Source: an uncultured Thermoplasmata archaeon | Lineage (GTDB): Archaea > Thermoplasmatota > Thermoplasmata > Lutacidiplasmatales > UBA184 | DNA length: 64,000 nucleotides | Direction: 5' to 3' | Assembly (NCBI GenBank): GCA_963696985.1 | Contig: CAVOMG010000001.1 | Span: forward strand, 692,737-756,736 | Part shown: piece after piece, positions 46,902 to 57,436 of the stretch | Layout of the letters: each line of letters begins with the position of its first letter | Position numbering within the stretch: position 1 is the stretch's first letter | Notes under the pieces: model-generated | The model's input: the letters and a program-made list of their open reading frames with translations, nothing else | Database searches by the model: none | What the model was told of the DNA's origin: nothing | Program-made: the position numbers and the translations under genes

Positions 46902-47921
46902 ATGCCCGAACGCGGCTCGATCTTGGCCGAGGAGCTCGTCAAGGTCTTCGGCGGAGAGATCCGGGCGGTCGACGGCGTCTCCTTCGAGGTTCACCCCGGG
47001 GAGATCTTCGGCTTTCTCGGCCCGAACGGGGCCGGGAAGACGACGAGCGTCTCGATGCTCTCGGCGGGGCTTCGCCCCACTTCGGGCCGAGCTGTGGTCG
47101 ACGGGCTCGAGGTGAGCCGGGACCCCGAGGAGGTGAAACGCCGGATCGGCGTGATCTTCCAAGAGTCGACCGCCGACGGGGACCTGACGGGTCGGGAGAA
47201 CCTCGAGATCGCGGCGGGCGCCTACGGGATGTCCCGGGCCGAGGGACGCCACCGGAGCGAGGAGCTCCTCGAGAAGATGCACCTCGGCGACTCCTCCGAG
47301 CGCTACGCGAAGACCTATTCCGGCGGGATGCGACGCCGCCTCGAGCTCGCGGTCGGGCTCATCCATCAGCCCCGCGTCCTCTTCCTCGACGAGCCGACCC
47401 TCGGGCTCGATCCCCAAGGCCGCGCCGGGTTCTGGGGGTTCATCCAGAAGCTCCGCCAGGAGAGCGGGATGACCGTGTTCGTGACCACCCACTATCTCGA
47501 TGAGGCGGACACCCTGTGCGAACGGATCGCGATCATCGACCACGGCAAAATCGTCGCCACCGGGAGCCCCACCGAGCTCAAGGACCGACTCGGAGGCGAC
47601 ATCGTCACGCTGAAGACCGCCACCGAGACCCCGGACGTGAGCGGGGTCCTCAAGGTGCTCCCCGGAGTGAGCTCGATCCAGAAGAAGGACGCGTCGTACC
47701 GGGTCAAGGTCGCGAACGGTGAGACGTTCGTCCCGCTCGCGGTGGAGGGGATCTCCAAGGCCGGGGTCGGGGTGACCGGGGTCTCCGTGAAGCGGCCGAG
47801 CCTCGACGAGGTCTTCCTCGAGTTCACCGGACGGGAGTTCCGGGAAGAGGAAGGACCGACCGCCACCGACCGCGCCGTGATGCTCCAACGGGTCCAGCAG
47901 AACCTCCGCGGGAGGCACTGA
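46902..47921 (+). CDS. ABC transporter ATP-binding protein (DrrA/ABC-2 subfamily)
   Basis: GPNGAGKTT, YSGGMRRRLE, LFLDEPTLGLD, TTHYLDEA. C-terminal regulatory domain present. Confidence 0.9.
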   Translation: MPERGSILAEELVKVFGGEIRAVDGVSFEVHPGEIFGFLGPNGAGKTTSVSMLSAGLRPTSGRAVVDGLEVSRDPEEVKRRIGVIFQESTADGDLTGRENLEIAAGAYGMSRAEGRHRSEELLEKMHLGDSSERYAKTYSGGMRRRLELAVGLIHQPRVLFLDEPTLGLDPQGRAGFWGFIQKLRQESGMTVFVTTHYLDEADTLCERIAIIDHGKIVATGSPTELKDRLGGDIVTLKTATETPDVSGVLKVLPGVSSIQKKDASYRVKVANGETFVPLAVEGISKAGVGVTGVSVKRPSLDEVFLEFTGREFREEEGPTATDRAVMLQRVQQNLRGRH

Positions 47922-48771
47922 TGCTGCGCGAGTTCGCCGCCCTCACCCGCCGCGAGTTCATCAAGCTCGCCCGGAACCCCCAGGCGATCTTCACCTCCCT
48001 CCTCCTCCCCCTGCTCTACCTGCTCCTCTTCGGCCAGGGATTCAACATCAACCCGACCCAGTACGTTCCGGCGGGCACACCGCCCTCGGTGGTCCAGGGG
48101 ATCCTCGACGCCTACTTCCGGGGCGCGCCGAACTACTACTCCTACTTCACCGCCGGCATGGTCGGCTTCGTGGCGGTGACGTCGACCCTCTTCCTCGGGG
48201 CGAACGTCATCTTCGACAAGCTCTTCGGGGTCTTCAAGCGGACCCGGGGGACGCCGGCCCCTCCGCCGCCGTCTTCGGCTCGCGCCTCGTCGCGGGTTCG
48301 ACCCAGCCGATCCTGCTCGCCCTCTTCGTCCTCGGTCTCGCCCTCCTCTTCAAGCAAGTCCCCGGGCTCCACGGGCTCGATATCACCGCGTCCGTTGGGC
48401 CCGTCGGCGTGGTCCAGGTCGTGCTCGCGATCGTCCTGCTCGCCCTCATGTTCTCGACCCTGTTCCTGATGTTCGGGGTGCTCCTCGAGGTCCCCCAGAC
48501 CTACTTCGCCGCAGTGAACCTCCTCAACCTCCCGGTCCTCTTGACCTCGGATGCCCTCTACCCATGGGGGGCGATGCCGCCCTGGTTGCAGACGATCTCC
48601 CAGTACAACCCGGTCTCCCTCGCGGTGAACGTGATCCGGGAGACGTTCTTCGGCTCCTCGGCCTACCCGTACGCGCCCGGGATCTACCTCCTCGGTCTGC
48701 TCGCCTGGAGCGCCGTGATGATCGGGGTGGCGCTCGTGCTCGTCCGAAGGGCGCTCCGGCCGCTCGAGTGA
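47921..48771 (+). CDS. ABC-2 type transporter permease; frame broken at C4 run 48258-48261
   Basis: ORF 47921..48469 is sensible to ...FGVFKRTRGTPA. The sense then continues in the frame of ORF 48409..48771 (PSAAVFGSRLVAGSTQPILLALFVLGL...YNPVSLAVNVIRE...). Confidence 0.8.
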
Positions 48772-48855
48772 TACGACGTACAGGCCCTAGGGGGGCCCGG
48801 AAGGCTACTTGAGGCGCCCGGGCCATAGCGGGATCGTCGACCTCGGCGAGGACCG

Positions 48856-49110
48856 ATGTGGCCCTACGAGAATCCCAGCCCCGGCACCCCCGAAACCTAC
48901 CTGCTTCGCGCACGCCGGTGTACCTTCCGAGGATGGTATTCGCAGGTCGTCGCGCTGAGCCTGATCGTGGGAGTGATGGACGTTTGGATCTCGCTGTTCG
49001 TGATCGTCTCGACCGCATGTGTCTCGGGTGGGTTCCTCTTCCACCCCCCGACCCCATTCGCGGCACCACACCAGGTGTGCTCTCCGATCGGCGGACCTCC
49101 GTTCGGCTAG
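48856..49110 (+). CDS. possible small membrane protein (84 aa)
   Basis: G/C-rich third positions and one clear hydrophobic stretch (VVALSLIVGVMDVWISLFVIVSTACVSGGFLF). No family recognised. Confidence 0.35.
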   Translation: MWPYENPSPGTPETYLLRARRCTFRGWYSQVVALSLIVGVMDVWISLFVIVSTACVSGGFLFHPPTPFAAPHQVCSPIGGPPFG

Positions 49111-49182
49111 GGGCGAGGTTCACCGCCCCACGTCGCCCCCACTCCGGGGGATGGCTCGAGTCGCCTACTCGAAAGGTTCGGG

Positions 49183-49256
49183 TGCGGGCACCGGGATTTG
49201 AACCCGAGTTATAGGCTTGGCAAGCCTATGTGATAACCAGACTACACTATGCCCGC
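49183..49256 (-). tRNA. tRNA-Gly (anticodon GCC)
   Basis: Acceptor GCGGGCA/TGCCCGC, anticodon arm TAGGC-TTGCCAA-GCCTA, T arm TCGGG-TTCAAAT-CCCGG, discriminator A. Confidence 0.9.
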
Positions 49257-49278
49257 AGTCCGAGGGCGGTACGGCTCG

Positions 49279-49288
49279 TATTATTTTA
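49279..49288 (-). promoter_or_regulatory. TATA box of tRNA-Gly(GCC)
   Basis: On the minus strand, taaaataata is centred ~27 nt upstream of the tRNA 5' end (49256). Confidence 0.5.
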
Positions 49289-49361
49289 CAACGGCGCCCA
49301 CTCGCGATGTTCGGTGAGCCCCCTGAGTAGCGGCCGCGCCCGGCTCGGGAGGGCGATCGTA

Positions 49362-50069
49362 TCAATGAAGGCCGTCTTGGAAGCGGATGCTCGCGTGGCT
49401 GCCGTTGCAGAACGGCTTGTTCGCCGACGCCCCGCACCGGCAGAGCGTGACCCGGTTACGGACCTCGTACGGTGTCCCGCTCTCCGATTCGATCCGGATC
49501 CCTCCCCGGATCCAGAGGGGCCCGCTACACTCCATGACCGGGTCCTCGACGATCCCGATCGAGGGGGGGAGGTCCGGCTCGAGGGAAGTTCGCTTCCGCT
49601 TGTCGAAGACCACGAGACGGCCGCTCGGACAATGCGAGGCCTCGCGCTCGATGAGTTCGCGCGTCGCCGGGTCGTCCGATCGCTCGATGAGCGACCAGAT
49701 CTTGCCACCGGGATCGCAGAACCTCGCGAAGGCGCACAGCTCCTCGGCATCCTGCAGGGTCACTGCCGGACCCTCGATCGTCTCCGCCTGGCGGGCGTAG
49801 GGCTGGCGGCTCGCGGTCTCTTGGCCCTGGAACTTCACTCTCAAGTGGGAACCGTCGCAGAACGGCTTGTTCTTCGATTGCCCGCAGCGGCACAGTTTGT
49901 AGGGCGTGGGGGTTTCGAACGAACGGCCCGGGGTCCAGTTCCACGACATGCCCTCTCGGTCGGGTTCGATCGTCTGGATCGTGAGCGGGACGGGACCGTA
50001 CACCACATACGGGCCGTTCTCGCTGACGACGATCCTCGTTTCGGTTTCCGATGTGGCGGCCCTCGCCAT
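49362..50069 (-). CDS. CDGSH iron-sulfur domain protein (two CDGSH motifs flanking a Cys-rich middle domain)
   Basis: CRCGQSKNKPFCDGSH and CRCGASANKPFCNGSH. The middle region has CAFARFCDPG...HCPSG (a mono-cluster-like Cys pattern). Confidence 0.85.
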   Translation of the reverse strand: MARAATSETETRIVVSENGPYVVYGPVPLTIQTIEPDREGMSWNWTPGRSFETPTPYKLCRCGQSKNKPFCDGSHLRVKFQGQETASRQPYARQAETIEGPAVTLQDAEELCAFARFCDPGGKIWSLIERSDDPATRELIEREASHCPSGRLVVFDKRKRTSLEPDLPPSIGIVEDPVMECSGPLWIRGGIRIESESGTPYEVRNRVTLCRCGASANKPFCNGSHASIRFQDGLH

Positions 50070-50145
50070 GGCGGGCGAAGGCCGACCGGCTATTTTGCCT
50101 GCCCCGGTCCCATCGACGGGACCGGGGATGCCGCGGTGAACTGGT

Positions 50146-53100
50146 CTAGGCCGCCGGCGGCCCGCCGCTCGCGGGAGGCGGGGGGGGCATCGTCGGGGAG
50201 GGTCCAGTCGGGGGGGGCGGCGCCCCCGAAGCGGCCGGGCCGGTCGGCGGGTACGTCGGGCCTTCCTCCCACGGCGCGGGGCTAGAGGAGGCGCCCGAGC
50301 CCGGCTTCCGACGGGAGAGGTAGAGCGCCCAGCCGATCAACGCGATGACCAGGGCGATCCCGAGGACCACGGCGAGCCCGTAGAGCTCGTTCGTGGTCGA
50401 GGTCGACACTGCGGTCCCGGGCGGCGCGCTCGTCGAGTAGATCGAGATGTAAACCGTCACCGACGCGCCCGAGATCGTGAACTTCGCGCTCGAGGGGAAT
50501 CCGGTGTAGCCGCTCGGGAACGTCACCGTGAACGGATAAGTCCCGTTCGCGAGCGAGAAGGTGAGGCTCGTCGTCGACGACGACACGGCGGTGCCGTTGA
50601 CGCTCACCGACCAGGTCGATCCAGACGGCGCGCCGTTCTCCACGAACTCGACGGTGTACTTCACCGTCGTGAACACGATGCTGATCGTCACGGCCGAGGT
50701 GCCGACGGTCGTGGTCCCGCCTGAAGGGGCGGCGGTGTAGCCCGGCACCGGGCCCACGACGAACGGGTAGGCGCCCGCCGGCTCATGGAAGACGACCGTC
50801 GTGTTGGTCGAGGTGACCAAGCTCCCGTCGAGCTTCACCGACCAGGCTGTCCCCTTCGCGAGGTTCGACTCGGAGAACGTCACTGTCTGGCCGACGGTGT
50901 TGAAGGCGATCGAGATCGTCTGGTCCGACCCGATCTCGATCCCGGAGCCCGACCCGGGGGAGGGCGCGAACGCCCCGTTCGTCGAGGAGGCGCTGTAGGT
51001 GAACGCCGTGTTCGCCCCGTTCGTTTGGGCGAAGACGATGGGCGCGCCGGCGAGGGCCGACTCGGTCACGCCGTTCAGGGTGACCGACCAGACCGAGCCG
51101 CTCGCGAGTCCGGTCTCCGTGAAGGTGACGGTCGGGTTCGTCCAGGCGCGGATCAGGGGATACTGGTCCGTCGCGTTCGCGATCGTGTACGGGGTGTCGC
51201 CGATCCCGTCGGTGCCCGAGAGGTTCTGGAAGACGCCCGAATATCGGTCCGCGCCGGCATAGCCGGTCCAGTAGTTCCCGCCCACCGGGTAGGGGGAGTT
51301 CCACGTGCCCGAGGCGAGGTAGTTGCCCGACTGGGTGAACGCCGACGAGTTGAGGTCGTTATGGTCGAACGCCCCGAACTCCGAGTCATCGATGATGATC
51401 GCCCCGACGTTCAGGAGATCGTTCCCGACGAACCCGCCGAAGAGGTAGGATCCGTAGACGTAGACCTCGGTCGACCGGCTGAGGTCGTTCGCCGTCACCG
51501 AGCTCGGGTAGACGTAGTCATCGTAGTAGAGGTAAAGGGATTCGTAGGAGCCGCTCGCATTGTTCCCCGAGACCGAGAAGCCGCCGGGGCCGTCGAAGTA
51601 CTCCACGTAGATCGCGGCGTCGTGCGCCCGTTGGACCGAGTTGCCCCAGATCATGTCGGGCCCGTATTCCTCATACGCGTAGATCGCGTAGTCGTCGCCC
51701 TGGGCCGTGTTGTCCGAGATCACGGACCCACCGTAAGTGTATTCGACGTAGATCCCGTAGGAGGAACCGGAGACGTTGTTCCCGATGATGGTGTTCCCCG
51801 CGTAGGTCTCGTAGAGGTAGAAGGCGGTCGAGGTGTTCGTGGCGGTGTTGTCGGTGACCGTCGCCGAGCTGTAGGTATAATCCGAATAGAGCCCGTACGA
51901 GCTTCCCGAAAGGTCGTTGTTCGAGACCGTAAGCGCGCCGTAGAGATAGTAGGTATAGATCCCGTAGTCGGTCGCGTTGCGGATGTCGTTACCGGTGATG
52001 GTCACCGACCCGGTCGCGGGTTCCTCGATGTAGACCGCGGTGTCCCCGGTGTAGGAGAGGTCGTTGTTCGAGACCTCCAAGGCGGCCTGGAGCTCGTAGG
52101 TCAGGATCCCGTACGTCGTGGAATTCGCGATATTGTTGCCGTTGATGGTGAGCGCGCCGTACTCGGTACTCGGCGTAGATACCGTAGGAGGCGTTGAAGA
52201 GGTCGTTCTGGCCGATCGTAACCGGCCCGTACTGTTCGTAGAGGTAGATCGCGTACTCGCCGTGGACCGAGGTGTTCGAAATATCGTTGCCCGTGACCGT
52301 GAGCGGCCCGTATCCGTATTCGACGTAGAGGCCATAGTAGTCTGACGCCATGTCGTTCCCGGTGAGGGTCAGGGAGCCGTACATGTCCGAAGAGTAGACC
52401 CCGTACTCGGAATCCGAGAGATCGTTCCCCGAGAGGAGGAGGTTCCCGCCTTCCACGACGTACGCGGCGTAGGTGTTCACCGCGCCCGAGACGTTGTTGT
52501 CCGAGAACGTCGAGTTCGCGCTATAGTAAGAGTAGATCCCGTACGAGGTTGCGCCCTGGACCTCGTTCCCCGTCGCGAGAAGGCCCCGGTCCTCGTAGTC
52601 ATAGATCCCGTAGGTGGGGTCGGTCCCCACGTTGTCGATGAACTGAACGTTGGAGGAGTATTCGCTCCAGATCGGATAGGCCGCGTGGAGGGCGACGTTG
52701 TCGGTGGCCACGACCGAGAGGTCCTCGTCGAAACCGATGCCCGAGTTGGCCCCCGATTCAAACGAGGCGTTGTTGGCGGTCAGGTCGACATGCTGGGAGT
52801 CGATGATCTCGAAGCCGCTGCCCGCCTTGTAGCCGTTGTTGTTGGAGGCGGTCAAGCCGTTGATGCCCTCGGCGTAGAGCGCGTAGTTGGAGGTGCTCGC
52901 ATTGCCCTCGAGGAGGTTGTCGTTCACCTGGAGGCCCGTCGAGCCGGTGAGGTAGATCCCCTCATCGCGCGTGGTGTTCGCCGAGTTCCCGGAGATCACG
53001 ACTCCGGTCGAGTTCCAGACCGAGATCCCTGTGGCGCCGTTCGAGGCGGTATTCGAGGTGATCGAGACGCTGGAACTGTAGCCGACCCCGATCCCGGCCA

Positions 53101-53605
53101 CGGAGGCCGGCACATCGTTCCCCTGGATCTTGGGTCCGATCGAGTGGGTGACCTCCACGTCGTACGAGCTGCCCAGGACGGGGTTCCCGTGGATGTTGAC
53201 GGAGGTCGTGTTGTTCGCGAGGATCCCGACGGTGGCGTTCACGGACCGGAAGTTCTCTACGGCTACTCCGCTGGCGTTCGCGACCGTCACCGCCGCGCCG
53301 TCGCCGCCGGGCGCTCCCACCGTGTAATTGACGAGGTACCCGGCGCCGTTGAGCGTCACGCCGCTCGCCAGGTCCACGATCGATCCGTTGAGCTCCCCGG
53401 TCAGGGTGTAGACCTGGCCGCTCACGGAGATGGGGGCCGAGGGGTTGCTAAGCGTCCCATCCGAGAGGATCGTCACCACGCCGAAGCCCGCGCCCGGTCG
53501 GACGGAGGCCGGCGACGCCCAGCGGGCCGCCCCATCGGCCAAGGCGGCGGAAAAGACGAGTACGGCGATTATCGCGATCGACGCCCAGGCAGGGTCACTT
53601 CTCAT
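50146..53605 (-). CDS. large (~1150 aa) secreted right-handed beta-helix (PbH1/NosD-like repeat) surface protein with three beta-sandwich repeats, a TM anchor and a Pro-rich tail; frame broken near 52161-52172
   Basis: Signal peptide MRSDPAWASIAIIAVLVFSAALA (ATG 53605 preceded by GAGGAG). Dozens of ~22-aa turns (..N.I.GN.......YGIY....). NosD-like end: GGNYWTGY...DGIGDTPY...DQYPL. Join site: NASYGIYAEY / EYGALTINGNNI. Confidence 0.8.
50434..51135 (-). repeat. three tandem ~80-aa beta-sandwich domain repeats (coding) of the TVTF.E.GL..G..WSV.LNG type
   Basis: TVTFTETGLASGSVWSVTLNG / TVTFSESNLAKGTAWSVKLDG / TVEFVENGAPSGSTWSVSVNG, each followed by a ...Y.F.V... strand pattern. Confidence 0.7.
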
Positions 53606-53779
53606 TTCCACTCTCCTCAGTTACGGTGGGCCCAGGGAACCGGCGGAATCCTGAGGGTATATTCTTTTGGGTTGACTTCAATCCGCACTAATACGTGTTG
53701 TGGCCCCCAGGTCACCTCGAGGCTACCCGGTGGAAGCACGATCCCAGGACTCGAGGGAAACGTCTCGAGCGAACGGGCA

Positions 53780-55003
53780 TCATCCCGTCGGTGACCCGGA
53801 GCCCTCAGTGTCGACCCCGAGCCGTAGCGCCGAGCAGCTCCGCCGGAACAGGAACGCTCCGATCAGGGTCGTCAGGATCGAAGTGATCAGGACCTCCCCG
53901 AGCATCTGCTGGGTGAGTACGCCCAGACCGAACCCGACCGCCCCGACGATCAGGCCGATCTCCCCTCGCGGGACCATCCCGGAGGCGATCGCCTGGGCCA
54001 CTCCCCGATCGCCCGACCATCGACGGGCGATCGGGTAGATAGCGCCGAACTTGCCGAACACCCCGAACCCCGTGAGCAGGAGCGCGAGACCCACCACGGA
54101 GAGGTTCGTGAGGAGGCCGACGTTGAACTCGGCTCCGATGATGATGAAGAAGAGGGCTCCGAAGACCCCCTCGAGGATCGAGGTGAGCTCCCGGGTCCGG
54201 GGCCCCACGACGCTCTCGGCGATCGCGAGGCCGGCGATGTAGGCGCCGATGATCGGGGAGAACCCGAGGGCGAGGACGAGGGCGATGAGCCCGAAGAGGA
54301 GCGCGAACGGCAGCCCCTCGGCCTTGCGCAGCGGGGCGATCCGGAGCAGGCGGGGGAGGAGCACGACCGACGCGAGGAGCACGACGACCCAGGCGGTCAC
54401 GTACTCGAACGCGGTTCCAACGATCGACCCGATCCCGGAGTGACCGGCGAGGACCGTCAGGGCCACCGAGAGGAGCACCAACGATACGACGTCGTCGAGG
54501 GCGGACGCGTTGAGGAGGAACTGGGCCCCCGGAGATCGGACCAATCGCTCGCTCTGGATGAGCGAGGCCGTCACGACGGTGCTCGTCGGGGCCACGGCGA
54601 TCGCGATCAGGAGCGCCGAGTCGATGGGATAGATGAACGCGAAGACCACGAACGAGAGGGCGAACGTGGCCATCGATCCTGCGACCGCCGCCAAGACGAC
54701 GAGCGGACCGGCGCGGCGCAACGAGGAGAACCCGCTGCCCAGTCCGGCGCTGAAGAGGATGAGGACGACCGCCAGGTCGGCGATGAGCAGCACGCCGGAG
54801 TTGACGAAGAAAAGCTGGAAGCCGAGCGCGCGGTCGATGACCCCGCCCAGGGCGAACGTCCCCAGGGCCATGCCGACGATGAGGTCGACCACGATCTCGG
54901 CGACCCCGAGCTCCTTCGCGAACGAACGGAGGATCTGGGCGATGGCAAGGAAGATGAAGATCTCGAGCAGGACGTAGTAGTCGCTCGGCTCGAGTAGGCC
55001 CAT
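53780..55003 (-). CDS. cation:proton antiporter (Na+/H+ exchanger family, CPA2-like)
   Basis: 407 aa, about 12 TM segments, typical motifs (LLIADLAVVLILFSAGL, YIAGLAIAES). Confidence 0.8.
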   Translation of the reverse strand: MGLLEPSDYYVLLEIFIFLAIAQILRSFAKELGVAEIVVDLIVGMALGTFALGGVIDRALGFQLFFVNSGVLLIADLAVVLILFSAGLGSGFSSLRRAGPLVVLAAVAGSMATFALSFVVFAFIYPIDSALLIAIAVAPTSTVVTASLIQSERLVRSPGAQFLLNASALDDVVSLVLLSVALTVLAGHSGIGSIVGTAFEYVTAWVVVLLASVVLLPRLLRIAPLRKAEGLPFALLFGLIALVLALGFSPIIGAYIAGLAIAESVVGPRTRELTSILEGVFGALFFIIIGAEFNVGLLTNLSVVGLALLLTGFGVFGKFGAIYPIARRWSGDRGVAQAIASGMVPRGEIGLIVGAVGFGLGVLTQQMLGEVLITSILTTLIGAFLFRRSCSALRLGVDTEGSGSPTG

Positions 55004-55246
55004 CGCGGCTCCTTGATTCGAATGGCGCTATACTACCTTGGTCGCACTGGCGACGGAGGGGCCAGCTCGCACCTACCAGCCGGGGTAGCCTCGCCCGAGG
55101 GCATCGGGGCCCCCGAACCGCTTGGCGAGGTTATTACGAGAGGGCGGGTCCTCCGAGGCGGTCATCCATGGGCGTTCCGACGGGGGAGGAGATCGTATCC
55201 ACGATGGACGATCCGGGCGAACGAACCGGTGGCCCGGGGGCCCGGG

Positions 55247-56021
55247 ATGACCGGGGCAGAGCCGCTCAAGTCGGGGGAGCTCATCCTGCTGCGTCGGAGC
55301 GCCCGGGATTCGCTCTTGCTCCCTTTGACGCCGGGATCCCAAGTGCTCGAGGGCCGGGGGGTGCTCGACCTCGGACCGCTCGTGGGGGCCGTGCCGGGCA
55401 CCTCACTTCCCTGGGCTGGGGCCGAGTACCCGGGCTTTCCGACCCAGTCTATCGGACCGCCTGGAGCATCTGCGTCGGAAGGCGCAGATCGTTACCCCCA
55501 AGGACGCCCAGTATCTTCTCTTCCTCGCCGGGATCGGGCCGGGGTCGAGGGTCGCCGAGGCCGGGGCGGGGAGCGGCGCTCTCACCCTCGTCCTCGCCCA
55601 TGCGGTCGGGTCCACCGGAAGGATCGTCTCGTACGACCGGCGGCCGGATTTCCTCGAGGTCGCCCGGGGGAACGTGGCCTCGGCGGGCTACTCGGACCGG
55701 GTCGAGTTCCGAACGCGGGACGTGACGGAGGCTGGTCTCGATGAGACGGAGCTCGACGCCGTGGTCCTTGACCTCGCCGAGCCCTGGAGCGTCCTGGCGG
55801 CGGCGCGCTCCGCGCTTCGGTACGGGGGGTACGTGGCCACGTACACCCCCACCTACAACCAGCTCGAACGGACGGTCCAGGGGCTGCGCTCGAACGGTTT
55901 CGAGGAAGTTCGCTCCCTCGAGCTCCTCGAGCGGGAGCTCCACGTCGGGGCGGGCGGCACCCGACCCGAGTTCGAGATGCTCGGGCACACCGGATTCCTA
56001 GCGTCTGGTCGGAAGGTCTGA
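55247..56021 (+). CDS. trmI: tRNA (adenine-N1)-methyltransferase TrmI (m1A57/58); frame broken in CCCGGG 55429-55434
   Basis: N-terminal part: MTGAEPLKSGELILL...SLPWAGAEY. The next frame continues FRPSLSDRLEHLRRKAQIVTPKDAQYLLFLAGIGPGSRVAEAGAGSGALTLVLA...DAVVLDLAEPW...TRPEFEMLGHTGFL. Confidence 0.85.
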
Positions 56022-56027
56022 TCCGCC

Positions 56028-56774
56028 ATGGTCAACGCCGCCCTTTCGATCGGTGCCGCGGTCGGCGTCCTCCTTTCGGCCGGATTCGTCTACTGGCAGG
56101 TGGGCCGGTACGCGGCCCCCCAGGTCCCGGAGAGCCGGTTCGACGAGCGCAAAGAGATGTTCGGTTACACCGCCGGCCTCTTCGTGGGGATCCCGCTCGT
56201 GGTCCCGTTCCTCTTCCTCCTCGCCGCCATCCCGCCGTTCGACATCGGGGGGATCGCGCTCTACCTCGCACTCCTCGTCGCGGGCACCGCGCTCGCCCAA
56301 TGGGTCCTCCTCCGAAGTGCCTATTTCGGGCGGGACGGGGCGGGGCCGTTCTATGCCCTGGGTTTCCGCGCGGGGATCGCGGGGATCCTGATCCTCGCCT
56401 ATGTGACCCAGGACCTCTCAGGGTCCAAGTTCACCGGGGAGGCGATCGGGGGGGTCCTCGCGATCTCGCTCGGGGTCCTGGCCCTCGAGACGGTCGCCTC
56501 GGTCCTGGGGCTCCCGAACCGGGTCGACCGGCCGGGTCGGAAGACCGGGCCCTTCACCGCGATCCCGCTCGAGGCCATCGGCTTCTTCATCCTCGGCCTC
56601 GCGGCCGGATCGGGGGCCCTCGTGGCGATTCTCGGGGGCCTCTTGATCACCGCGATGTCCGGGTGGCTCTACCGCTCGATCGCCCCTGCGAACCTCGGGG
56701 CCATCGCCCCCCCGCGTCGCGAGGCGGCCGAGGAGCGGTCGAAGAGCGCCTTCGGTCGCACCGACCAGCCGTAG
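56028..56774 (+). CDS. hypothetical polytopic membrane protein
   Basis: 248 aa, 6-7 predicted TM helices, no recognised motif. Confidence 0.6.
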   Translation: MVNAALSIGAAVGVLLSAGFVYWQVGRYAAPQVPESRFDERKEMFGYTAGLFVGIPLVVPFLFLLAAIPPFDIGGIALYLALLVAGTALAQWVLLRSAYFGRDGAGPFYALGFRAGIAGILILAYVTQDLSGSKFTGEAIGGVLAISLGVLALETVASVLGLPNRVDRPGRKTGPFTAIPLEAIGFFILGLAAGSGALVAILGGLLITAMSGWLYRSIAPANLGAIAPPRREAAEERSKSAFGRTDQP

Positions 56775-56834
56775 CTCCGGCGAGGCCGGCAGCCCTGGGG
56801 CTCCGTCGCGAGGTCGGGAGGGTCGGCCGTTGAC

Positions 56835-57365
56835 CTACGGGAGCGCGAAGTAGGGCAGCAGGTTGATCGTCAGCAGGATGAGCGCCATCAGGAGGACGGA
56901 GATGATCACGATGAGCAGGTTGCCCCGGATCCGGGCCACCTTCCCGTCGCCTTCGTCGCTCGAGATGGAGCTCCCCGGCATGAAGCCGTTCTGGAGGCGG
57001 AGCCCGGAAGCGCCCGCGATCCCGAACAGTCCGAGGACCCAGAGGATCTTGCCGACGAGGATCGCGTTCGCGGCCTGCGTGATGAAGCCGGAGCACCCGC
57101 TCGGGAAGCAACTACCGGGCACGCTGGCGCCGATTACGGCGATCAGCGTTCCGAGGAAGATCAGGATGATCCCGAGGAGCCGCCCCCCGCCCACCAGGAG
57201 CGGCACGACGTTCATTCGGGGCTGCGCCTCGAGCTGCCAAGGCCGGGGCGGCGGGACCAGCGGAGACGGCGGTGGGGGTGCGCCCATGCCCGAAAACACG
57301 CGGAGTCTGGGTATTAATGGATTCGCTTGGATTGACTCCGTCCCATAATTTGAGTTGAGGGGCAT
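56835..57365 (-). CDS. hypothetical membrane protein (Pro-rich N-terminus, 4 TM)
   Basis: Start taken at ATG 57365 (MPLNSNYGTE...). The upstream part of ORF 56835..57728 is antisense to the IS element and is junk. Confidence 0.5.
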   Translation of the reverse strand: MPLNSNYGTESIQANPLIPRLRVFSGMGAPPPPSPLVPPPRPWQLEAQPRMNVVPLLVGGGRLLGIILIFLGTLIAVIGASVPGSCFPSGCSGFITQAANAILVGKILWVLGLFGIAGASGLRLQNGFMPGSSISSDEGDGKVARIRGNLLIVIISVLLMALILLTINLLPYFALP

Positions 57366-57436
57366 CGCGTTGCTCCCCCTCGTCGACTTCCACTGCAGCA
57401 CCGTCAGGATTACTAGGGAGCGACCAAACTCCCCGG

